From assembly GCA_043825875.1 (NCBI GenBank), contig JBDRRF010000103.1, positions 1-64,000 of the forward strand: a stretch of 64,000 nt of DNA, given 5' to 3'. This DNA comes from Pseudomonadota bacterium (GTDB lineage: Bacteria; Desulfobacterota; Desulfobacteria; Desulfobacterales; RPRI01). This document shows, in pieces, positions 38,378-48,805 of this stretch. The notes beneath the pieces were generated by a model. That model was not told the origin of the DNA. It made no database searches and saw nothing but the letters and a program-made list of their open reading frames with translations. Positions within the stretch are counted from its first letter, which is position 1; each line of letters starts with the position of its first letter. The position numbers and the translations under genes were made by a program.

Positions 38378-39862
38378 CTATCGATGGATTTCTTCTCCTA
38401 TTCTCGCATGAAGGCTCAGTGGCATGCTCTTTTCCTGCTTATTTAAAGAAGAAAAAATAAGGGCTATTAATAAAAAATATAAGGGCGTCATCCATGTTCC
38501 ATAAACCATATTTTGAAAAAAAAGTACTAACCATGCTTGAAATATCCTCAATTGATATGCAGATGGAGGAAAGGCACTAATAAAGCCCAAAATTACTTTT
38601 GATTCTCTAAGCAAGAGAATGATCAATCCAATAATTCCTGTGAAAAATAACCACATGACAGGCGCAGAAGCGGAAACTACAACACCTCTTCCTTTGCTGT
38701 CCACACCCGTAATTCTGAATCCTTCCCCCATTATAATTTTATAAAAAGATATACCAAAACATCTTCCTGCAAGTTCACCGCGCTTCATCATCGTATCATC
38801 AATAGTTATAGCCTTTATATTTGGGGCTGGAGCTTGGCCTGAGGCCGGTACCATGTTAAGCAACTCGCCGCGAACGCCCGTGATTGCTTTCAGGGTGTTG
38901 CTGTTGGGAATGTATTTAATAACAGCATACCGACCAAAAAGAGAAAATAATATTAAAAATATAGATGTCGCCATGAGAAAATGGTATGCTATGGCCCTCG
39001 GCAGAACAACACGAAGAGCCCTGTTTTTGTTGCCGCAAATAAAGTAAACAATTTGACCTGTCAATAATGCAAAACCTAAGGCAAAATACCCTGCATTGGA
39101 AAAAGCGAATATGCCACCAATGCAACAGATACCACTCGCAATCATCCACATCTTTTTTTGCGTTTCGATGTAGAGAGCCTCCGCTATGAAAGAAGCCATA
39201 AACAGGAAGGCTGATGCATTCGACGGTTCTACCCAAAACCCTTGTATTTGAAACTTTGGAACTTTATAGAAAGAAGAAAATTGAGCAGTGCCATTACCCA
39301 AAACACCAAATGGTCCATAATAAACCCCTCCCGAATGGCTTTTCAGGTTTATGCCATTTTCCACCCATCCCATTAAGCTAGTCATCTCTAAAATAAAATA
39401 TTGTACAACAGTAGCTACTGCTACGATCACTAAAATCTTCATTATGATCAATTGATGAGATGTCGGGCGCTTAATAAAATACAAGCATACAGCAATGCAA
39501 AAAATAAATCTGAAAAAAAACTTTGCCCACTGGGATATTCCTTCCATGAAAAAATTGGAGAAAATTGTTGAAATGGCACCCCAGACCATGAAGATTGCAA
39601 AGAAATAAATAAACCTTTTAAAAGGAGTAAAATGAAAATTACACGGATAAACGATTAACAGCAGAAACAAGGGAATTGCTATTTTAAACGATACTACAAA
39701 CGGCTGTAAGGACTCTAACTCAAAAAAACCCCACCACTCGTATAAAATGCAATTTATGACGATTAGTGAAATTGGAACCGATGGAGGCAATTTATTGATA
39801 AAGCTATGAATAGTCAATAATTTACCATTCATAGATAAGCTATGCATTCCGTACCCTCTCAT
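38378..39862 (-). CDS. Polytopic membrane protein, probable Wzy-like polymerase/O-antigen ligase family
   Basis: About 10-12 hydrophobic segments; GFWVEPS motif; lies among glycosyltransferases; start uncertain. Confidence 0.6.
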   Translation of the reverse strand: MRGYGMHSLSMNGKLLTIHSFINKLPPSVPISLIVINCILYEWWGFFELESLQPFVVSFKIAIPLFLLLIVYPCNFHFTPFKRFIYFFAIFMVWGAISTIFSNFFMEGISQWAKFFFRFIFCIAVCLYFIKRPTSHQLIIMKILVIVAVATVVQYFILEMTSLMGWVENGINLKSHSGGVYYGPFGVLGNGTAQFSSFYKVPKFQIQGFWVEPSNASAFLFMASFIAEALYIETQKKMWMIASGICCIGGIFAFSNAGYFALGFALLTGQIVYFICGNKNRALRVVLPRAIAYHFLMATSIFLILFSLFGRYAVIKYIPNSNTLKAITGVRGELLNMVPASGQAPAPNIKAITIDDTMMKRGELAGRCFGISFYKIIMGEGFRITGVDSKGRGVVVSASAPVMWLFFTGIIGLIILLLRESKVILGFISAFPPSAYQLRIFQAWLVLFFQNMVYGTWMTPLYFLLIALIFSSLNKQEKSMPLSLHARIGEEIHR

Positions 39863-41120
39863 TGCTATTCATCGAGACATGATTGAATATTTGGGATAAC
39901 TGTAATGCCAGATTCTTTCGACTGAAGCGTTCGATGAATTCTTCAGATACCATGCTATTGTCCTTATGAGCTACTATAAATGCATGAAGTTTCTTTATCT
40001 GAATATCCTCTGGTTCATCATAGAAAAGGGTCACTCCTTTTCCGTATTGTTTGATGATACTGGCAAGTTCACTCTCACGAGGTGCAAGGCATATGATCCG
40101 ACTCTTGTTGCCTATATAATCGTAAAACCTGGCGGGTATCCATGATGAAGTATCCACATCACGAGGCATACACACGATCACATAATCCATAGACTGAATA
40201 AGCCCATAAAAGATTCCATGATCAAGGTATCCATGCGTTCTTTCTCTGCCATTAATTCCTGCCAGCACACAGAGATCTATGAAATCACTCCCTTCATTGC
40301 CCGCATAATGTAGTTCCCAAGGAAAGTTTAATAGACCTTTGTCTTCCAATCTGGATAACAATTTTAATATGGGTAACGGTGTGTAATTACTTGCTCTGTC
40401 AATAAGTCCACCATAAAAAAAAGAGTTTTCAATAGGAGACTGATTCTCTGTTGGAATATCCTCCGGATCAAAACCGTTGGGAATTATACACGTTTTATTT
40501 TTCAAAAACGGGTATTTATCAACCATTCTGGATTTGCTGGCATCCGTATTAACTATAAGAGCATCACAGTAGTTCAGGTATACTTTTTCGATAACATTCG
40601 AGATAACATGATGATATGAACTTAAAAATCTCTTGCGATCCGGATTAAGAGTCCAAAGATCCCGGAAATCAGTAACCCATGGTACATGATATTTTAATTT
40701 AACCCATAAGCCAATCAGATTTATGCTAAAAGGGCTGCAAGTTGTATAAACAATATCCGGTTTATGCTTTTTCATTTCTTTGCCTATCTGATTTAACGCC
40801 AACAGGCTCCAGAAAATATGACCATCAGGCGGAATGATGTTATTTATCAGATAACCCAAATATTTTGCCATCTTATTCACATCAGCTCGATCATGCAGGA
40901 AAAAAAACGGATCTGAGGGCATGGGCAGGACAGTAACGGCCGACCCTATTTGACTCATCAGCCTTCGGCTTGTCTTCGTTTGATCAAGGGTTTCCTTAGG
41001 ACAGGCTACCAATGCTTCCCACTCATATTGTGCCAGATATTTGAGAAACTTGACATTACGATTTGTAGCAACATTAATTCGCGGGGGAAAGAATGAAGTA
41101 ATCCAAAAAACCTTTTTCAT
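39840..41120 (-). CDS. Family 4-like glycosyltransferase
   Basis: FFPP, PWVTDFRDLW, IPNGFD, IPARFYDY. Confidence 0.82.
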   Translation of the reverse strand: MKKVFWITSFFPPRINVATNRNVKFLKYLAQYEWEALVACPKETLDQTKTSRRLMSQIGSAVTVLPMPSDPFFFLHDRADVNKMAKYLGYLINNIIPPDGHIFWSLLALNQIGKEMKKHKPDIVYTTCSPFSINLIGLWVKLKYHVPWVTDFRDLWTLNPDRKRFLSSYHHVISNVIEKVYLNYCDALIVNTDASKSRMVDKYPFLKNKTCIIPNGFDPEDIPTENQSPIENSFFYGGLIDRASNYTPLPILKLLSRLEDKGLLNFPWELHYAGNEGSDFIDLCVLAGINGRERTHGYLDHGIFYGLIQSMDYVIVCMPRDVDTSSWIPARFYDYIGNKSRIICLAPRESELASIIKQYGKGVTLFYDEPEDIQIKKLHAFIVAHKDNSMVSEEFIERFSRKNLALQLSQIFNHVSMNSNERVRNA

Positions 41121-43003
41121 ACCGGACACAGGAGGAACCTCACGGAGTAATCATGTGTAGATCGAACAGACATACGCATTGTCAAGGCCGGGACACGGGC
41201 ACCATAATCGGGAATTTGCCATCCTTCAAGGCTATTGGGAGTACCTTCGTAAAATTCTACAGCGCCATCTTCCCCAAGCATCATTTCGATCTTTAGCCTA
41301 TATACCCTCCCGGTTTTACCAATCAGAAAATCATCCGAATCGTTTTCCATATTGTTTACAATCGTCCAACCTGGTGCCCAATGAATATAAGATTCGCTGT
41401 TTATAGCCACACCTCTCGGGTTTAATATAGTTTCCAGACTTTCTATTTGATCCCGCTTTATGACTAAATCGCGGCACCATTTTATATCTTTACCAAATCT
41501 TTCAAGTGCATTTGTTCGCCAGGAAATGATTTTATCAAAACCCCTGTCATAAATACCAACCTCACTCCCATGTGATAGATATTCACTGTAGCCGGAAAAA
41601 ATGCCGCGACAATCCGGTATAATAGGAAAACCGTTGATCAGCGTTGTATTGTGCGCCCTTGCAGAAAAGCCGTAAATCCCATAGGCATCTGGGTGATATG
41701 ATATCCGGCCCCTGTCAACAAGAACAGGTCCCTCTGCATCATTAAGCAGGAATCCACCGAAATCCAAGTGTCCATGGGCCGCGGGATATAAACCAAGCAA
41801 TTGTGGCGTATGAATTAAAGCCCTCAACGTGCCACGGGAAGTACGTACCCACTTCCACTGTTTCAAGCCCCCTATCAGTTTCTTTTGTCCGGCTTTTTCT
41901 TTCAATAGAGATGATACCGTGGTGGCATCCCAAAGTTTTTGCCAAGATTCAGGTTCCTGTCTATAATCAGGATGGGGATAAAACCAGGAAACAGGATAAT
42001 CGGGAGATATATCACCAATACATGGAAATGAATCGACTGTATTGTCAAGAGACGTGCCCCCCAAGTATAGACAGCAGGAGATCATCGAAGAGGCCTCCTT
42101 TTCCGCCCACAGGGCGAAATCGGAATCTCCGCTGGCCTTGGCAGCCCACAATACCTCAACTAACGTGCGAGTCAACAAAAGCTGATAATGAGTTGATCCT
42201 TCCAAAAGGGAACCTTCCTCATCGACCAACCGGGGTATGCACTTTTGGAAAAGGATTTTGCCCAAGTGCGCTACCTGCGGGAGGTGCAGGAACCGTCCAC
42301 CAACATATAATGCACGGGCATTATTTAGAATATGATTGTTATACGATTTACCGTAGTACTCCAAGTGTGTCATGATGTGTTTGAGATGCTCAAAGAGAGA
42401 CGCCCCGATCGTTCCCGCCATTTTTGAATCTAAGTTGCGGTGATTCTTTGTGGCACACAAAAACACTAACCAGTTAACCACTCGTTCAGAAACCGAATAA
42501 GTTCTCCAGGCCAGACTGTTCCTCGCCGGACCGACTTTTTCGATCCAATCCAGTATAGTTCTATCGGCGGATAAAAGATCAGCCCGAGAAGGAACTTGGG
42601 ATAACCACCTTAATAACCAGATGAAGCGATGTAATGCAAATGAATTTTCCTCATCCGGTTCATCCTTGAACCAGTCCAAATCTTGCAAACTGGAAGAATA
42701 TGTAGCCAAGGGAATCGGCCAATTCTTTATTTCACAGCCATTTCCCGGTGACCAACCGGTAGTGGGCAGATGATCAATCCAGTCTTCGTTTGGAGAAGAA
42801 GGAATAGAAATTCCTTTGACCTCTTTGCGTATTTCTGCAGGATAGTGATGGAGGCAAGTAGTACGGGAGGGTACTGCATGGAGCCTGTCGCTGATTTTCA
42901 AGGTGATGCGCTCCCAGACGTAAGAGACGACTATCCGCCATAGAAAACAACGTTTAAAGCAGAATCTTAAATAATATTTAATTTCGCTAGAGTTCAGCGC
43001 CAT
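41117..43003 (-). CDS. Heparinase II/III-family protein
   Basis: NNHILNN, EGSTHYQ, AHGHLD, LVDRG..SY, AHNT. Confidence 0.8.
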   Translation of the reverse strand: MALNSSEIKYYLRFCFKRCFLWRIVVSYVWERITLKISDRLHAVPSRTTCLHHYPAEIRKEVKGISIPSSPNEDWIDHLPTTGWSPGNGCEIKNWPIPLATYSSSLQDLDWFKDEPDEENSFALHRFIWLLRWLSQVPSRADLLSADRTILDWIEKVGPARNSLAWRTYSVSERVVNWLVFLCATKNHRNLDSKMAGTIGASLFEHLKHIMTHLEYYGKSYNNHILNNARALYVGGRFLHLPQVAHLGKILFQKCIPRLVDEEGSLLEGSTHYQLLLTRTLVEVLWAAKASGDSDFALWAEKEASSMISCCLYLGGTSLDNTVDSFPCIGDISPDYPVSWFYPHPDYRQEPESWQKLWDATTVSSLLKEKAGQKKLIGGLKQWKWVRTSRGTLRALIHTPQLLGLYPAAHGHLDFGGFLLNDAEGPVLVDRGRISYHPDAYGIYGFSARAHNTTLINGFPIIPDCRGIFSGYSEYLSHGSEVGIYDRGFDKIISWRTNALERFGKDIKWCRDLVIKRDQIESLETILNPRGVAINSESYIHWAPGWTIVNNMENDSDDFLIGKTGRVYRLKIEMMLGEDGAVEFYEGTPNSLEGWQIPDYGARVPALTMRMSVRSTHDYSVRFLLCPV

Positions 43004-43006
43004 ATG

Positions 43007-44824
43007 TCAGAGCTCACTTAGACGTATCCCATCCGGGCGGGAAGAGGGTTTTTGCACAAATTGAAACCAGAGTTCCAGATTCAGCAAAATCCACAAAGCC
43101 CAAACCCACTCTTTCTTTAAGCGCAAAAAAAACTTCAACCGACGAAGAGATCGTTTGTCAATTATCCCTTGTTTCATCAACTCTCCTCGCTCAAGCAAAT
43201 CAAGCGCGTTTTTCATAAGTGGACGCTGAGCCCAAGAATTAATGGGAGCACCAAATCCATCCTTGCGGCGTCGAAGGATGTCGTCAGGCAAATATTGTCC
43301 CATAGCCTTTTTAAATATGATCTTCTGATCGGCTCCCATTATTTTATATGCCGAAGGCAGGCCCAAGACAAACTCTACAATTCTGTGATCCAATAAGGGA
43401 ACCCGTGCTTCCAACGATGCAGCCATACTCATCTTATCGGTAAGTAAAAGCACATCATCTTGTAACCAATACTTTAAATCCATAGCCATTTGAGCATTCA
43501 GTTCATCTCCGGACGGAATCTTGGAATAATATCCCAAAAAATCCCCGGAAGTTCCTGATTGGTACGACGGTAAAACTAAAGCCCACGGAAAGTTGAAAGC
43601 TCTGCCTGTATAAACTCCCGCATGCTTATGCCATAAATCAGAAGTCATAAGCTGCCGTAGCACCCGTTTGAAAAGGGGATAGGAATAATACCAACCATAT
43701 CCGGCAAACAGCTCATCTCCACCCGCACCTGTTAGTATAACCTTTGCTTTCTGTCTCGCAAAGCTTGAGATAACATAAGTGGGCACATAAGCACCGTCCG
43801 CATTTGGCTCTTCCATATGCCAAACCAGAAGAGGAAGTAACCGGTCAAAATCATCATAGGAGACTGAGGTTTCATGATGGGCACAGCCGTACCGTTCCGC
43901 CACATCTTTAGCGAAAGGTCTCTCATCCATTTTCTCTGGAGCATCCTCCCAGAATACTGTAAATGTATCCATATCCAGCGATTCACTGACGTTGGACAGG
44001 GCAACTACAGCAGAGGAGTCCAGGCCGCCACTTAGAAATGCACCAACCGGAACATCGCTGCGAAGCTGCAAACGACAAGCATCTTTCAAGAGATATTGAA
44101 GATGCTCTGATGCATCCTCAAAAGACATTTTTCCAGCAGGATCATTTTCCAGAAATGTGTTTATATCCCAGTATGTTTTAAATCGTAGGATTCCTTCTTC
44201 CAGGATTGCCATTGTCCCAGATTCCAGTTTCTTTATTTCTTCAAAACCTGTTTTTGGAGATGGGACGAAAAGCAAATTAAGATATGCACTGATAGCCTGC
44301 CAATCCGGGGTACGATTGATCCATGGACAGAGTAAAAGGGGTTTGATTTCCGAGGCAAACGCCAGATTTTTGCCATCCCAAGAATAGTAAAGGGGTTTTA
44401 TACCAATCCTGTCTCGAACCAAAATTAACCGGTTTATAGAAACATCGTAGAGGGCCAGACCGAACATACCGTTCACATCTTTTAAAAAATCCAGCCCATG
44501 CTCCTCATATAGATGAACCAGAACTTCAACATCACTTTTTGTGCGGAAAAGATGTCCCTTCTTTGTTAATTTACCGCGTAGTTCCAAATAATTATAAATT
44601 TCACCATTGCATGCAATCCATACAGTATTCTCTTCATTTGATAGCGGTTGATGCCCTCCTTCAAGATCAATGATGCTGAGACGACGCATTCCAAAGTTAA
44701 CACGGTCGGCATTATTAACATAATAACCTGCATCATCAGGCCCTCTATGAGATAAAGCATTTCCCATCTGGCATAGGAGTCCATAAACTTCATCCTTACC
44801 AATATAACCGAAAATGCCGCACAT
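43007..44824 (-). CDS. AsnB-like glutamine-dependent amidotransferase (probably glycan amidation)
   Basis: MCGI N-terminus, HRGPD, RRLSIIDL, LSGGLDSS, GGDELF, SLEARVP. Confidence 0.92.
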   Translation of the reverse strand: MCGIFGYIGKDEVYGLLCQMGNALSHRGPDDAGYYVNNADRVNFGMRRLSIIDLEGGHQPLSNEENTVWIACNGEIYNYLELRGKLTKKGHLFRTKSDVEVLVHLYEEHGLDFLKDVNGMFGLALYDVSINRLILVRDRIGIKPLYYSWDGKNLAFASEIKPLLLCPWINRTPDWQAISAYLNLLFVPSPKTGFEEIKKLESGTMAILEEGILRFKTYWDINTFLENDPAGKMSFEDASEHLQYLLKDACRLQLRSDVPVGAFLSGGLDSSAVVALSNVSESLDMDTFTVFWEDAPEKMDERPFAKDVAERYGCAHHETSVSYDDFDRLLPLLVWHMEEPNADGAYVPTYVISSFARQKAKVILTGAGGDELFAGYGWYYSYPLFKRVLRQLMTSDLWHKHAGVYTGRAFNFPWALVLPSYQSGTSGDFLGYYSKIPSGDELNAQMAMDLKYWLQDDVLLLTDKMSMAASLEARVPLLDHRIVEFVLGLPSAYKIMGADQKIIFKKAMGQYLPDDILRRRKDGFGAPINSWAQRPLMKNALDLLERGELMKQGIIDKRSLRRLKFFLRLKKEWVWALWILLNLELWFQFVQKPSSRPDGIRLSEL

Positions 44825-44839
44825 TATATAATTATGATC

Positions 44840-44935
44840 CTAATTATTTTGGAAAACCTTTAGTAAAACCTGCCAACCGAGAAGTTTTTCCTGTCTGCAA
44901 ATTGCCCGTGCTTTCATATTCTCATAAATAGGTAC
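44840..44935 (-). pseudogene. C-terminal remnant of a paralogue of the membrane protein at 60706-62520
   Basis: Translates as VPIYENMKARAICRQEKLLGWQVLLKVFQNN*, aligning with IYKNLNPKPIPRLESVLGWNILLRAL. Confidence 0.6.
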
Positions 44936-45002
44936 CTAACAGTTCATGCCAGATAAATTGCAGCTGCTTCCACCTTCATTCCTATTTCAAAGATCATGAA
45001 CA

Positions 45003-46874
45003 TTATGGCAAATCTGAAGCCAGCAAACACTTCCACCGGGGCAATTCAGAATCAAGGAAAAAGAATTCATTATGATCGATTGTGTCTTCTGAATCTTGGA
45101 TAGCTGCTTGTAATGATTCTGACAGCTCTTCAGGAGTACTGAAAAAGCGTACTTTCGGCTGACCACGGAGTGGATTGAAATTAAGTGTTGTATCATCAAG
45201 CATCACCACAACCGGCACCCCTGCGACATAGGCATCCACCGAAGCTGACGTTGAGTTACTGGCACAGGCAACATCACAATCCGGAAGAATTTCCCCCAGA
45301 TGATCCACCACAACCTTTAAATTCAGAGAGGGGAAGTCTTTAGCTTCAACTAAGTAGCTGGGATGCGGTTTAACAATATAGCTATATCGACCCGGGTTAA
45401 TTAGCGCAGATTTCTCTATCAATTTCAGGAGGTTTATGGTTGCTGTAGGGTCGTAATCGCCTAGCACGAGAACTTTAGGCATTTCATGATGCTTAGGTTT
45501 TAATCGATTTGCAGAAAGAAAGTTATTAAGGTATCCGTAACGGAGAGCCTCCGCTTCAACTACCGTATTCATAGGGTAGTTTACACTATGATAAGCATCT
45601 ACAGCAGCTTTGCCGTTCAGTACCGTAAGATCCGGTTGCGGTAGCGGGTGCGAATCTGATGATTGTATGGTACGCGGGTCACTAAAGTAACGTAAGTCCC
45701 AAAATCGCACCGTTGAGTGCGGTATACCGATCAACTGACCATGACCATGTTTGCGCCACATATAAATCAGAGCCCGCTCCCAAGATTGATTTTCGCAAAG
45801 ATAAAATCCCCTTTTCTGATGTGGAAGATGCTTCATTGCCTGGTCAAATAGTTCAATCCAAAACAGATTCATAATGGCGTCCGGTCCACAAAGGGAAGTC
45901 TTCCAATCCCTTCGCATGAGAGGCCACATCGAGACGTGAGAACTCTGCGGGTGGAATGCCTCCTCCGGCATGCCCAGCCGCCAAGTAACCCAGTTCAACC
46001 ATAGCCAACGCATCAGGATGCGCCAGATGACCCGTAGGGAAAGGTACGCATCGAGAAAAGTGTGAAATCCTTCCTCCTCACGGATGCGGTTGAATCGCTG
46101 TACCCAATCGATGGCAATCCCGGTATCCGGCACGACGCTGCTTTGCAGATAGTGCTGTATCCAGTTTGTGCGAAACCCTCTTTTATGCAGCAGCCTCGGC
46201 AGGTCTCCCCATAGGGAGGACTGGTATCTGCCATTGGCACATGAAGCCTGTTCAAGATGGATAAAGTAAGAACAAAAAAACAGGGCCTGGTCGCCCCCAA
46301 ACCAATCCGTATCAGACAGTCTTCTGAACGGCCACCGGTCTAACAAATACCGGAAAAGGCTAATGACCGCCCGGACCGGTTGTGGCAGTAATTGATAAAT
46401 GCTTCTGAGGTTCAGACGATGGGATTGGGCACGTGTCCTCTCCCACTCGTATGCGATTCCTAAACTCTTACACAGACTGCAAATTGCCTTATGCAGGTCC
46501 CGGTTAGCGCTCAGCAAGCACAATCGCTTAGGTTTATTCTCTTTAAGAATCTCTTCCAGGGCCAACAGGCGGATCGCTGCAGAGATCGGCGATTTATAGG
46601 AACTTTTCTCCACAAAAAGCGACAACCACCAGAAACTCAGTCCGTTATCTAAGACAAAGTAATCGATCAGGCGCTTGCCATGAATCCGACTATTTCCAAG
46701 GTCATGGATCCACGACAGATAATTGTTTCGTAAACGGGACCCGTGGTCATCGGCATACCGTAGCAAGGAATGGATGGTTCCGGTTTCCTCATAGCCGCTC
46801 CACCGATAAATCAGCACTGCCTGATCGGGGGGCGGATCAGCGGAATCCCAAATTTTTATTAATGACAGGGGCAA
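45003..46874 (-). CDS. Surface carbohydrate biosynthesis protein, LIC13510-like (TIGR04326-like), possible glycosyltransferase
   Basis: SFWWLSLFVEKS, YLCENQSWE, HSTVRFWDLRY, EALRY, KPHP. Confidence 0.65.
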   Translation of the reverse strand: MPLSLIKIWDSADPPPDQAVLIYRWSGYEETGTIHSLLRYADDHGSRLRNNYLSWIHDLGNSRIHGKRLIDYFVLDNGLSFWWLSLFVEKSSYKSPISAAIRLLALEEILKENKPKRLCLLSANRDLHKAICSLCKSLGIAYEWERTRAQSHRLNLRSIYQLLPQPVRAVISLFRYLLDRWPFRRLSDTDWFGGDQALFFCSYFIHLEQASCANGRYQSSLWGDLPRLLHKRGFRTNWIQHYLQSSVVPDTGIAIDWVQRFNRIREEEGFHTFLDAYLSLRVIWRILMRWLWLNWVTWRLGMPEEAFHPQSSHVSMWPLMRRDWKTSLCGPDAIMNLFWIELFDQAMKHLPHQKRGFYLCENQSWERALIYMWRKHGHGQLIGIPHSTVRFWDLRYFSDPRTIQSSDSHPLPQPDLTVLNGKAAVDAYHSVNYPMNTVVEAEALRYGYLNNFLSANRLKPKHHEMPKVLVLGDYDPTATINLLKLIEKSALINPGRYSYIVKPHPSYLVEAKDFPSLNLKVVVDHLGEILPDCDVACASNSTSASVDAYVAGVPVVVMLDDTTLNFNPLRGQPKVRFFSTPEELSESLQAAIQDSEDTIDHNEFFFLDSELPRWKCLLASDLP

Positions 46875-46962
46875 GACGCACTCACCATCGTTTACACCAT
46901 AAAAATGATTATAGAATAATATCTTCTGAAAACAGATGAGTCTTTAATCGAAGAGGATGACC

Positions 46963-48051
46963 TTACGTCTGTCGATGGATATTTGACAGAAGCATAGTGT
47001 TGAAGTACGCTTGAAGGGTATCCCTGAATACATCGTCCATCATGATGCGCTGCTTGGTCAAACGCCCGGGCCCTTCAGGAAGAATACACACCAGATCGCT
47101 TCCGATATTTTTCTTGTCCTTCGAAAGAAATCGAATGTAAGTCTCCATGTCAAAATGGCCCCAGTCATAATCGGGGAAATTTCTCATTAGTAGAGGATGA
47201 ACCCAGTCAAACATCCGACGGTCCATGATTCCCTGCTGCAACGACAGATAATTCGCTATATCCATGCCAACGGTAACGGCTTGTCCGTGCTTGATAGCAT
47301 AATCCGTTAGCGACTCCAATGCATGACCGAACGTATGGCCGTAATTGAATTTATTTCGCTCACCTCGATCAAACTCATCACTTTCAATCACCGACTTCTT
47401 GATCTTTAGGCTTTCCTGGATGTGTTTGATAAGGCAGTTCCGGTTTCTGATTACCAGTTCGTAATCAGAAAGCAGCTCATCAAAAAGAGGACTCGCAGAA
47501 TAAAGATAATAGTGCAGTATCTCGCCAATGCCCGATTTAATATCATCGACGGCAAGTGACTTAAGAAAAGTTGTATCGATAAAAATATCAGCCGGGGGAT
47601 AAAAATTACCGACGATGTTCTTTTTATCGCCAAGGTTTATGGACGTCTTGCCTCCAATACAACTATCGGCCTGCGACAGAAGCGTTGTCGGGAAAAAGGT
47701 CCAGTCCACACCTCTGTATAGGATCGATGCCGTAAAAGCCGTGATATCCTGGATGACCCCGCCGCCAATGGCGATGAGACGGTCATTTCTTCGAAATTTT
47801 GCTTCAACAAGCGTCTCTATGATCTCCTGACACTTGTTGATAGTCTTGTTTCGCTCGTTAGCCTTGATGACAAGAATGCGGTCTTGTGGCACGACAGAGC
47901 TAATTCGGGTGCCATAGATCTCAAGTATCAAAGAATCAATGATAAAAAAAGCGCCCTGGTCGGCGTATTCCTGCAGAAGAATAACAAAGTCTTCAACAAA
48001 TAAAACCCTATAGTCTTTTATCCGAGATTTGATCAAGATATCATCATGCAT
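46963..48051 (-). CDS. AroB-related sugar-phosphate cyclase
   Basis: IGGGVIQD, PTTLLSQADSCIGGKT, KN..GNFYPP, NYGHTFGHA, HGQAV, DKKN. Confidence 0.85.
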   Translation of the reverse strand: MHDDILIKSRIKDYRVLFVEDFVILLQEYADQGAFFIIDSLILEIYGTRISSVVPQDRILVIKANERNKTINKCQEIIETLVEAKFRRNDRLIAIGGGVIQDITAFTASILYRGVDWTFFPTTLLSQADSCIGGKTSINLGDKKNIVGNFYPPADIFIDTTFLKSLAVDDIKSGIGEILHYYLYSASPLFDELLSDYELVIRNRNCLIKHIQESLKIKKSVIESDEFDRGERNKFNYGHTFGHALESLTDYAIKHGQAVTVGMDIANYLSLQQGIMDRRMFDWVHPLLMRNFPDYDWGHFDMETYIRFLSKDKKNIGSDLVCILPEGPGRLTKQRIMMDDVFRDTLQAYFNTMLLSNIHRQT

Positions 48052-48793
48052 TGACAACCCCCCCGTCAACGATAATGTTCTGTCCTGTCATATAGGTATT
48101 GAGGTCACTTACTATAAAAAGGACTACTCGTGAGATCTCATCGGGCGAGGCAAGACGTCCCAAAGGAACTTTCAATGCCATCTCCTGCATCCCTTTCTCG
48201 CCAAGAATACGCCGTGTGAGGTCTGTGGAGACAAACCCGGGGGAAACTGTGTTTACAAGAATATTGTACTTCGCTAGATCCAAAGCTGTTGCGGCAGTAA
48301 GTCCTCTAACTCCAAACTTCGTGACAGAGTATGCCGCCCGTTTCTCTTTACTGATGACGCCAAAAATGGAACCAATGTTAACAATACGACCGTAACTATG
48401 TTTTTTCATGACCCGGCTGACTGCGCGTGTCACCAGAAACGGAGCATCGAGGTTGACGCGAAGAACGTCCAGCCAATCTGTTTCTTGTATTTCATCGATG
48501 GGGTTGATCCGGTTGATACCGGCATTATTGATACAAATATCAATACGATCATAGACTTCAATTTCTCGGAAAAATTTTTTTACGCTCTCAGCGTTCATGA
48601 AATCAACGGCATGCCAGTGGCGGGGCGATTTCCGACGGCGTCCAGCTTGGTTCAGTTTAGCAATCTCCTCTGGGTTGGTCCCGGTCAGGATTAATTCGGC
48701 ACCTAGCCTTCCCATATCATCGGCAATTTGTTTACCGATGCCCCGTGTCGCCCCGGTGACAAGAGCTATTCGTCCTTTAAAACTTATTTGCAT
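48044..48793 (-). CDS. SDR-family oxidoreductase
   Basis: TGATRGIG, NNAG, YSVTK, SPGFV.T. Confidence 0.92.
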   Translation of the reverse strand: MQISFKGRIALVTGATRGIGKQIADDMGRLGAELILTGTNPEEIAKLNQAGRRRKSPRHWHAVDFMNAESVKKFFREIEVYDRIDICINNAGINRINPIDEIQETDWLDVLRVNLDAPFLVTRAVSRVMKKHSYGRIVNIGSIFGVISKEKRAAYSVTKFGVRGLTAATALDLAKYNILVNTVSPGFVSTDLTRRILGEKGMQEMALKVPLGRLASPDEISRVVLFIVSDLNTYMTGQNIIVDGGVVNA

Positions 48794-48805
48794 GATATTA
48801 ATTTC

